Below are positions 36,646 to 43,386 of a stretch of 43,386 nucleotides of DNA, one piece after another. This stretch comes from a virus (Duplodnaviria > Heunggongvirae > Uroviricota > Caudoviricetes): IMG/VR virus record IMGVR_UViG_2563366976_000013; one strand, written 5' to 3'. Each line of letters starts with the position of its first letter. Position 1 is the stretch's first letter. The notes beneath the pieces are model-generated. The model ran no database searches. It had not been told where the DNA came from and worked only from the letters and a program-made list of their open reading frames with translations. The translations under genes and the position numbers were made by a program.

Positions 36646-37230
36646 ATGAAAAGTATCCAGGACGTCCGCAGGCAAAATCTCAACGACTTGATCGACCGTG
36701 AATTCAATGGTGTTCAGACGCGGATGGCAGAAAAACTTGGAACTCAGGCAAATCTGGTAAACCGCTGGGCTCTTGGCAAGAAGGTTATCGGCGACCAGGT
36801 TGCACGAAAAATTGAAGCTGCCGCCAATAAACCCCGTAACTGGCTTGATATTGATCGTTCGCTTTCTCAGGAGGGTTTTCAGCCTGTCGGCCCGAGCGAT
36901 ATAGGTCAGCTGGCGGCTCACAACCTGGAACGCTGGATGAGCGAAAGCCGCGACCTTTCAACACAGGGAAAACTTCACCGCGCATCCGGCGTCGCCCAGG
37001 TGACAATCAGCCGCCTGTTAAACAATGAGGTCAGCGTTTCCATTTCCACCCTGGAGAATGTTGCATCCGCATTCGGGCGTCACGGATATGAACTACTGAT
37101 TCACCCGCACGACCCTGCGACTATCAACTATGACCGCTCGCGCTACGCATTGTTACCCGAAACCGAGAAAGCAAAGATCGAAAGTTACATTGAATTTGTC
37201 ATCAACCAGAACGAAAAAAGCAAAAAATAA
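36646..37230 (+). CDS. CI-like repressor with two HTH regions and no recognisable LexA/S24-type self-cleavage domain
   Basis: 194 aa; HTH-like segments near residues 20-45 and 115-140; C-terminus lacks Ala-Gly/Ser..Lys peptidase signature; divergent from Cro-like gene. Confidence 0.55.
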   Translation: MKSIQDVRRQNLNDLIDREFNGVQTRMAEKLGTQANLVNRWALGKKVIGDQVARKIEAAANKPRNWLDIDRSLSQEGFQPVGPSDIGQLAAHNLERWMSESRDLSTQGKLHRASGVAQVTISRLLNNEVSVSISTLENVASAFGRHGYELLIHPHDPATINYDRSRYALLPETEKAKIESYIEFVINQNEKSKK

Positions 37231-37250
37231 AACTATATTTTTCAGTAAGT

Positions 37251-37275
37251 AAGCCGCCTCATGGCGGCTTTTTTA
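37251..37275 (+). terminator. Rho-independent terminator after repressor gene
   Basis: AAGCCGCC-tcat-GGCGGCTT followed by T6. Confidence 0.7.
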
Positions 37276-37287
37276 TTGCCAGATAGA

Positions 37288-37364
37288 TTACCTTACGGGT
37301 AATTTTTTTAACTCATATCTATTGACAACAAACCAAATAAGCATAATTATTACCTCAACGGTAA
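37288..37364 (+). promoter_or_regulatory. Early-left promoter flanked by two operator palindromes
   Basis: TTACCttacgGGTAA (37288-37302), -35 TTGACA (37322-37327), 17-bp spacer, -10 AATTAT (37345-37350), TTACCtcaacGGTAA (37350-37364). Confidence 0.55.
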
Positions 37365-37383
37365 CAGACCGAGGTAACAAGTT

Positions 37384-37536
37384 ATGCAGTGGAAAATCAT
37401 CAACGGTTGGTACTGCGTTACTGCATGCGGATTCATGAGCTGGAAGTTCTGCACCTTACAGGAAGGCATTAAGTGGGCTTTCGTCAGCAAAGAAGCTCGC
37501 GATGTAGCCAACGATAACGAGATATGGGAGGGCTGA
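37384..37536 (+). CDS. Small early protein (50 aa, hypothetical)
   Basis: ATG 37384 with RBS GAGGT; Cys/Trp-rich; below ORF-track cutoff. Confidence 0.3.
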   Translation: MQWKIINGWYCVTACGFMSWKFCTLQEGIKWAFVSKEARDVANDNEIWEG

Positions 37537-37538
37537 TA

Positions 37539-37838
37539 ATGAACGTTAATCAGCAGAAAAATCTTCAAAAAATCATGCTGGCATTCGACAAGGACTACCG
37601 CCTGTCAGAACAGCTATATGACCGACAAGTTGAACTGATCGAGAGCATCCGGCTTCATCAACTAGCCTCAACTTTCGACGCTGTAACAGGTAAAGGCGTT
37701 CGCCAGGAAGTGCTGGAGGCAGCTAAAGACAGCCCTGAGTTCGAAGAACTTATGGATGCCTACCGGCGCGAGGCAATGGCAATTATCGCCCGCTGGGATC
37801 TGGCGGATCGGATTGATGGGCAGAGGGAAGCGGCATGA
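37539..37838 (+). CDS. Hypothetical early protein
   Basis: RBS GGGAGGG; 99 aa. Confidence 0.4.
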   Translation: MNVNQQKNLQKIMLAFDKDYRLSEQLYDRQVELIESIRLHQLASTFDAVTGKGVRQEVLEAAKDSPEFEELMDAYRREAMAIIARWDLADRIDGQREAA

Positions 37839-38656
37839 AACCGGGAATTTATTTCGACATCAGCAATGAGGACTACCACGCCGGTGACGGCGTGAGTAAG
37901 TCGCAACTGGACATGGTTGCCAAGAATCCGGCGCTTCTTAAATGGGTTCAGGCAGCACCAGAAGACGAAGAGAAAAAGTCTGCACTGGATATGGGAACCG
38001 CATTGCACTGTCTGCTTCTGGAGCCTGGAGAGTTCGACAAACGCTTCATTGTTTCACCGAAATTCGATCGTCGGACGAAACAAGGTAAAGCTGACGAAGA
38101 GGCATTTCTTCGTGATGTGGCGGATATGGGGATTACGGTACTTGATGCCGAGCAGTGGCGGAAACTGGAGCTGATGCGTGATAGCGCAATGGCTCACCCG
38201 GCGGCACGCTGGATGCTGGAAGCACCTGGTTACTGCGAAGCATCAATGTACTGGAATGATGAAGAGACTGGTGAGTTGTGCCGCATTCGTCCAGACAAAT
38301 GGCTGAACGAGCACAACGTGATCGTCGACGTGAAAAAGGTTGCAGATATGGATCGTTTTGCACGCCACATCGAGGAATTCCGCTACCACGTGCAGGACGC
38401 AATGTACCGCGAAGGAGCGATGAGGGTTACTGGTCAGTCGCATGGTTTTTTCTTTCTTGCCGTGAGCGAAAGCATTGATTGTGGTCGGTATCCGGTACGC
38501 ATGTTCGCGCTGGATGCGCCGGATGTCGATGCCGGGCACGCTCTGTTCCGCCGGGATCTGAATACCTATCACGAATGCCGCATCAATGATGAATGGGGCG
38601 GCGTGGAAATCATTAAACGCCCTGAGTGGGCACGCAAACAGGATATGTACGTATGA
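37835..38656 (+). CDS. Exonuclease, PD-(D/E)XK type (RecE-like partner of RecT)
   Basis: Motifs RIRPD and VIVDVKK; immediately upstream of and overlapping recT. Confidence 0.6.
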   Translation: MKPGIYFDISNEDYHAGDGVSKSQLDMVAKNPALLKWVQAAPEDEEKKSALDMGTALHCLLLEPGEFDKRFIVSPKFDRRTKQGKADEEAFLRDVADMGITVLDAEQWRKLELMRDSAMAHPAARWMLEAPGYCEASMYWNDEETGELCRIRPDKWLNEHNVIVDVKKVADMDRFARHIEEFRYHVQDAMYREGAMRVTGQSHGFFFLAVSESIDCGRYPVRMFALDAPDVDAGHALFRRDLNTYHECRINDEWGGVEIIKRPEWARKQDMYV

Positions 38657-39534
38657 GCAATGATATCGCAATCACATCACAACCAGGCGCAACTGTAGGT
38701 ACTGCTGCGGCAATCTTCAGCCCGGAGGGCATGAATCAACTGGTGCGTTTCGCGGAGTTGATGTCACAAAGCAAAGCGACTGTACCGAAACATCTTGAAG
38801 GCAAACCTGCCGATTGTCTGGCGGTGACCATGCAGGCGGCACAGTGGGGAATGAACCCTTTCGCCGTGGCGCAGAAAACGCATGTGGTAAACGGAACGTT
38901 AGGCTACGAAGCACAGTTGGTAAACGCGGTCGTATCCTCTTCCAGCCTGCTGGCGACACGCCTGAATTATCGCTGGAGCGGTGACTGGTCGAATGTTAAC
39001 GGCAAAACAGATAAATCACCGAATCTGACGGTAACTGTGTCAGCAGTTCTTAAAGGAGAAGCAGAACCCCGTGAGCTTACCATCAGTATGGCGCAAGCCG
39101 GAGTGCGTAACTCTCCATTGTGGGAACAGGATCCGCGCCAGCAGCTTGCCTATCTTTGCACGAAACGATGGGCTCGCCTGCACGCTCCTGATGTACTTCT
39201 CGGTGTTTACACCCCTGACGAATTACAGGAAACGGCACCGCGCGTTGAGCGAGATATTACTCCGCAAACGACTACTGCTGCGGGAATGAACAGTCTGATC
39301 AACGCTAAACCAGTGAAAAAGCATGATGAGCAAACGCGTAAAGCGGATAGCCGTGATCCAGAAGAAATGCTGATGGCCTTTACCAGCGCAGCGATGAATT
39401 ACAGCACTGTCTCCGAACTGGATAAGGCTTACAAATACATTGCACAAAAACTTTCAGATGATGACGAACTGCTGGCAAAAGCCACCGACGTTTACAGCGT
39501 TCGTCGGGAAGAATTAAACGAAACATCTATGTAA
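38653..39534 (+). CDS. recT: RecT-family single-strand annealing recombinase
   Basis: Motifs CLAVTMQAAQWGMNPFA...GYEAQLVNAV characteristic of RecT; start at MSNDIAIT overlapping exonuclease stop. Confidence 0.75.
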   Translation: MSNDIAITSQPGATVGTAAAIFSPEGMNQLVRFAELMSQSKATVPKHLEGKPADCLAVTMQAAQWGMNPFAVAQKTHVVNGTLGYEAQLVNAVVSSSSLLATRLNYRWSGDWSNVNGKTDKSPNLTVTVSAVLKGEAEPRELTISMAQAGVRNSPLWEQDPRQQLAYLCTKRWARLHAPDVLLGVYTPDELQETAPRVERDITPQTTTAAGMNSLINAKPVKKHDEQTRKADSRDPEEMLMAFTSAAMNYSTVSELDKAYKYIAQKLSDDDELLAKATDVYSVRREELNETSM

Positions 39535-39583
39535 CCACCACCGCGGCGCCACACGCGCCGCACTGCAACCAAGAGAGGTATTT

Positions 39584-39832
39584 ATGAAAGGTGCATTAGA
39601 TAAGAAGAAACTCCTGGCGGTGGTGCCACTGTCATGGAGCACTATCGACCGTATGGAGCGCGCAGGTGAATTTCCTAAACGCTGGTATATCACTGACAAA
39701 CGCTGCGCATGGAACCGTGACGAAGTTGAGCGTTGGCTTGATGAACGTCAGGCAGCAAGCCCGGCAGAGTTCCAGGGTAAAAAGCCTCCTGTTCAGCAAC
39801 GTGTATATCGTCCTGTGAGAAACGCTGCATGA
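39584..39832 (+). CDS. AlpA-family HTH regulator / excisionase-like
   Basis: LSWSTIDRMERAGEFPKRWYITDKRCAWNRDEVERWL matches AlpA-type fold pattern; RBS GAGAGG. Confidence 0.6.
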   Translation: MKGALDKKKLLAVVPLSWSTIDRMERAGEFPKRWYITDKRCAWNRDEVERWLDERQAASPAEFQGKKPPVQQRVYRPVRNAA

Positions 39833-39941
39833 GTGTGCTGCTAAGGCACTGGAGCAAATGGTCAGGATGGTACTTATTCCTGGCCTCTGTTTCAGCATGG
39901 CTTTATCTGCTGGCATTAATTTTCAGAGAGGGTTGGATTAA

Positions 39942-40241
39942 GTGAGAAAGTTAAGCCGACTTGAAAAATATCACATGAACAAGGTTTCAATGCGCCGTCC
40001 TTCAAAGGTTATCGCCGTTACTCCTGCGGCGATAGAGATCGAAAAACGCGCGATTGAAAGAGAGAAAAAAGGGCAGTTCCGCATTGCCGCTCACCTTTGG
40101 CTTCAGTGTATGGATGTTGCTTATGGTGATGTTGAACGTGCAAGGATCGCGGTTCGCAGGGACCAATGTATCACAAAAGGTAACGGCCTTCGCCGTGGCG
40201 ACTATAGCGGCATAGGATGTTGTGGGGTGGTTTATGACTAA
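39942..40241 (+). CDS. Hypothetical protein (start uncertain)
   Basis: ORF with GTG start; no recognised motif. Confidence 0.3.
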   Translation: MRKLSRLEKYHMNKVSMRRPSKVIAVTPAAIEIEKRAIEREKKGQFRIAAHLWLQCMDVAYGDVERARIAVRRDQCITKGNGLRRGDYSGIGCCGVVYD

Positions 40242-40884
40242 GAAATACACACTAATCTATGCAGATCCACCCTGGGTATACCGGGACAAAGCCGCAGATG
40301 GTAATCGCGGTGCCGGTTTTAAATATCCGGTTATGAGTGTGCTGGATATCTGCCGCCTTCCTGTGTGGGATTTGGCCGATGAAAACTGTCTGTTGGCCAT
40401 GTGGTGGGTGCCAACACAACCACTCGAAGCACTAAAAGTTGTTGAAGCCTGGGGATTCCGTCTGATGACCATGAAGGGCTTCACGTGGATAAAATGTGGT
40501 AGTCGACAACCAGATAAACTGGTTATGGGTATGGGACACATGACTCGCGCCAATAGTGAAGATTGCCTGTTTGCGGTAAATGGAAAACTACCTACGCGCA
40601 TTAATGCAGGGATCGTTCAGTCATTTACCGCACCGCGGCTTGAGCATTCAAGAAAGCCAGATATCGTTCGTGAAAAACTTGTGCAATTGTTAGGCGATGT
40701 TTCTCGCATTGAACTGTTCGCCCGCCAGTCGTCTCATGGTTTCGATATTTGGGGTAATCAGTGCGAAGACCCGGCAGTGCAACTACACCCTGGATACGCG
40801 TTGGATATTGCCAGATTAACAAATGCATTCAGCAATGCTCCGCTGTCACCAACAGACAACCAGGGGCGGGAGCGTGCAGCATGA
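40234..40884 (+). CDS. MT-A70-family N6-adenine DNA methyltransferase (orphan)
   Basis: Catalytic DPPW motif in IYADPPWVY; no adjacent restriction gene. Confidence 0.75.
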   Translation: MTKKYTLIYADPPWVYRDKAADGNRGAGFKYPVMSVLDICRLPVWDLADENCLLAMWWVPTQPLEALKVVEAWGFRLMTMKGFTWIKCGSRQPDKLVMGMGHMTRANSEDCLFAVNGKLPTRINAGIVQSFTAPRLEHSRKPDIVREKLVQLLGDVSRIELFARQSSHGFDIWGNQCEDPAVQLHPGYALDIARLTNAFSNAPLSPTDNQGRERAA

Positions 40885-41129
40885 AGCAGATTATGGTTGC
40901 ACACAACGGCGTCAGGTTTGAAGTCGTCATGGTTTTGACTAAGTACCGCAATGATGAGGTATTGCAGAGAAAAGAAACTGTAACTTACCGTTATAAACAC
41001 CGAAGTTCAGCTGTTAGAACATTACGGAAGATTACGGAAGAACTAAAAAATGATCCTCATCGTGTTATTGAGGTAAAAGGCAACCCATATAAAATCACAA
41101 CTTCAGTGGAGCTAAGACATATGCAATAA
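40881..41129 (+). CDS. Hypothetical small protein
   Basis: ATGA overlap with methyltransferase stop, RBS GGGAG. Confidence 0.4.
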   Translation: MKQIMVAHNGVRFEVVMVLTKYRNDEVLQRKETVTYRYKHRSSAVRTLRKITEELKNDPHRVIEVKGNPYKITTSVELRHMQ

Positions 41130-41453
41130 AATCACGCCTGACGAATCGCGATTATCTCGCTATTGGTATTGCAGAGATTGCTGGACTCAGTGGCGCATGA
41201 TTTGACAATGCCGCCAGAGCTATCGCATACTGACCGCACTAGAACTTCAAAGCGGTCACCCGCACCCGATAGCTTTGCGGCTTTTTTATGCCTGCAATTT
41301 GGCATAGTCACATCCGTACAAAGGTCGGGTGGAGAGGCGTAATACAATACCCAAAAGGGGAATATGCCCGGAGCGTCTTTGAAGGCTCTAGTTGACACCC
41401 GATCACCAGCTACTAACTGGTGATTGCTAACTAAAACTTCAAAGGAGGTCATC

Positions 41454-42104
41454 ATGACCAGTCAACTCATCCCCGTATTCAACGGCACTATATCCAACGA
41501 AACCGCTCTTCTCGTTAATGCCCGTGATTTACACTCTTTCCTCGATGTAGGTAAGCGATTTGCTTCGTGGATTGTCGAACGAATTGCTGAATATGGTTTC
41601 GTTGAAAATCAAGACTTTATGATTATTTCCCAAGTTCGGGAAAAAATAGGCAGAGGCCGTCCTGCAAAAGACTACCACCTCACCCTCGATACAGCCAAAG
41701 AGCTGGCGATGGTCGAGCGTAACGAAAAAGGTCGTCAGGTACGATGCTACTTCATTGAATGCGAGAAACGTTTAAGACAACAAGAAACAAAAGTGGAGAA
41801 GGTCTTGTCAGGCTTCATGCCCGCCATTATGGAGGCGATCAAGCTGGAAGACAAAAAAGAATACAGTGCCCCGCTGAAGCCCGGCTACCGCAGCCTGATT
41901 CATTCTCCGTCTGGTGTTCTCGGCCTGACGGAGAACTCACTGCTGATGAATCTGCTGAACAAGTTACAGGAAGACGGGCACGACGTATCGGGCGCGGCGG
42001 CGGAACTGACCACCATGTTCTGCTACATCGTCGGTGTGAGTAAATGCCTGCGTGATATCCAGACGCACGCGGAGTACATCAACGACAAGGCAGGGTTCTT
42101 CTGA
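41454..42104 (+). CDS. Antirepressor paralog 3: AntA-type N-terminal domain plus shared Ant C-terminal domain
   Basis: High identity to paralog 2 across most of length; RBS AAGGAGG; hairpin CACCAGctactaaCTGGTG just upstream. Confidence 0.7.
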   Translation: MTSQLIPVFNGTISNETALLVNARDLHSFLDVGKRFASWIVERIAEYGFVENQDFMIISQVREKIGRGRPAKDYHLTLDTAKELAMVERNEKGRQVRCYFIECEKRLRQQETKVEKVLSGFMPAIMEAIKLEDKKEYSAPLKPGYRSLIHSPSGVLGLTENSLLMNLLNKLQEDGHDVSGAAAELTTMFCYIVGVSKCLRDIQTHAEYINDKAGFF

Positions 42105-42135
42105 CGGCGGCGGCACAGGGATGTGCCGGGCAAAA

Positions 42136-43386
42136 TTATTCCCCCGCCATCCACTTCTCAAACTTCGACGGGGAGAACGGAATCAGATCCGTATGCTCCC
42201 CGTTAATCCAGGAATCAATCATATCGGCCCACTGCTGCAACATGTAGGCGCGCTGTCTGGCGTATTCCGCTTTGTTATATACGGCGCGCACACCTTTCTG
42301 CTCATGTGCCAGAGCCTTTTCAATCCAGTCTGAAGGATAACCAGCCTCATGCAACAACGTACTGGCTGTACGGCGCATATCGTGTACGGTGAAGCCCTGA
42401 ATATGCTCACCATCTTCATTTATTATTTTCACCGTTCTGTCGATCAGAGAGTTCAGCGCGGCATTAGATAATGGCTTCCGGAAATTGTAACGACCAGGAA
42501 CCAGATATTCACTTCCACCAGCGCACATCTGCAACCCAACCAATATATCCTGTGCCTGTTTAGGCAGGTAAATAACGTGCGCCCGGCTTCCCTTCATGCG
42601 GTCTGAAGGAATTGTCCATGTCCATTTTTTAAAATCTATTTCATCCCACGTTGCATTGGTGAATTCGCCTTTACGAACCATAGTGATAAGCACCAGCTTT
42701 AAAGCCATTTTCATAGTGCCCATAGCACCAATGGCATCCAGCGTGCGGAAGAACAGGCCAATTTCTTCTGGTGTCAGTGTTCGCTCTCGTGGTTTAAATA
42801 TGGCGATAGACGAAGGTTTAATGTCAGCCGCAGGATTAAACAAACCATGACCACGGTCATTGGCGTGACGGTATACGCTGCTGATGATCTCCCTGGCCTG
42901 TACTGCTGTTGCCCGACCACCGCGTTCGACAATCCGGTCACACAAATCACGAACCATCGATGTGGTAATTTCAGCCATCATTTTGTTGCCAAGAACCGGA
43001 AGTATGTCACGGTCGATCACCGCCTGCTTCATTGCGCGGGTACTGTCAGCCAGGATAACGTGTTTCATATAACTGTCGGTATGTACCGCAAACGTCTCGG
43101 CACCACGAATCTTTTTGATACCGTCACGTTTAGCCGCAGCCGGTGACTGGCCTGCTTTAAGCAGCTTCTTTGCAGCAATCAGTTCTTCCCGCGCTTCTGC
43201 CAGGCTGATACCGTCACGCCCATACTGCCCGATTACCAGTGTTTCGCGGCGACCGTTGATACGGTAGTCATAGCGAAACGAGACCGTGCCTGACGTAAGC
43301 ACAGCTACATACAGCCCGTCACGATCGGAGACCTTGTACAGTTTGTCCTGCGGCTTGAGGTTTTTTAATTTTGTATCGGTAAGCAC
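42136..43386 (-). CDS. int: Tyrosine integrase (phage integrase family), N-terminus truncated by window end
   Basis: N-terminal LTDTKLKNLKP...DGLYVAV arm-binding type region and C-terminal catalytic region with HDMRRT and terminal-Y context; ORF runs off window. Confidence 0.85.
   Translation of the reverse strand: MLTDTKLKNLKPQDKLYKVSDRDGLYVAVLTSGTVSFRYDYRINGRRETLVIGQYGRDGISLAEAREELIAAKKLLKAGQSPAAAKRDGIKKIRGAETFAVHTDSYMKHVILADSTRAMKQAVIDRDILPVLGNKMMAEITTSMVRDLCDRIVERGGRATAVQAREIISSVYRHANDRGHGLFNPAADIKPSSIAIFKPRERTLTPEEIGLFFRTLDAIGAMGTMKMALKLVLITMVRKGEFTNATWDEIDFKKWTWTIPSDRMKGSRAHVIYLPKQAQDILVGLQMCAGGSEYLVPGRYNFRKPLSNAALNSLIDRTVKIINEDGEHIQGFTVHDMRRTASTLLHEAGYPSDWIEKALAHEQKGVRAVYNKAEYARQRAYMLQQWADMIDSWINGEHTDLIPFSPSKFEKWMAGE

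Larger units (their letters stand above)
1143..43386. mobile_element. Prophage (temperate; T7-like virion module with lambdoid-type regulation); right end including integrase N-terminus and att lies beyond window
   Basis: Contiguous phage gene set from lysis cassette to tyrosine integrase; left boundary inferred just right of host terminator; att repeats not identifiable within window. Confidence 0.8.

Noticed and set aside
1-43386. CRISPR arrays, rRNA genes, transposase/IS elements
   Set aside because: No short regularly spaced direct repeats, rRNA-like sequence or transposase-like ORFs were observed.

Overview
The window holds the left host/prophage junction and about 42 kb of a temperate prophage in an E. 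coli-type chromosome. All calls below are from reading the sequence and the supplied ORF translations; no database search was run. Positions 1-1071 carry two probable host envelope genes ending at a bidirectional terminator. The prophage runs from about 1143 to beyond the window end and is organised, right to left on the minus strand, as: integrase (truncated at 43386), a plus-strand early-left operon (RecT/exonuclease, AlpA-like, MT-A70 methyltransferase, third antirepressor), a divergent CI-like/Cro-like immunity region with a tripartite operator, lambda O/P-like replication genes with in-gene iterons, accessory early genes (DUF1064-like, HNH, Ea22-like, DUF551-like, ASCH-like), terminase small and large subunits, a moron carrying tRNA-Arg(UCU) and an AT-rich membrane/coiled-coil ORF, then portal, scaffold, major capsid, T7-like tail-tube and internal virion proteins, an immI-like island of antirepressors and duplicated YafO-like toxin cassettes, an endosialidase-type tailspike, and a holin/GH19 endolysin/Rz-Rz1 lysis cassette. 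The most interesting content is regulatory: a 15-bp palindrome TTACC-N5-GGTAA recurs at 14 or more sites (operators at cI/cro and upstream of most moron units), the repressor lacks a self-cleavage domain, and a LexA-boxed small gene shares the C-terminal domain of three antirepressor paralogs. The strongest candidates for an undescribed system are the tandem operator-controlled YafO-like cassettes and the tRNA/membrane-protein moron between terminase and portal.
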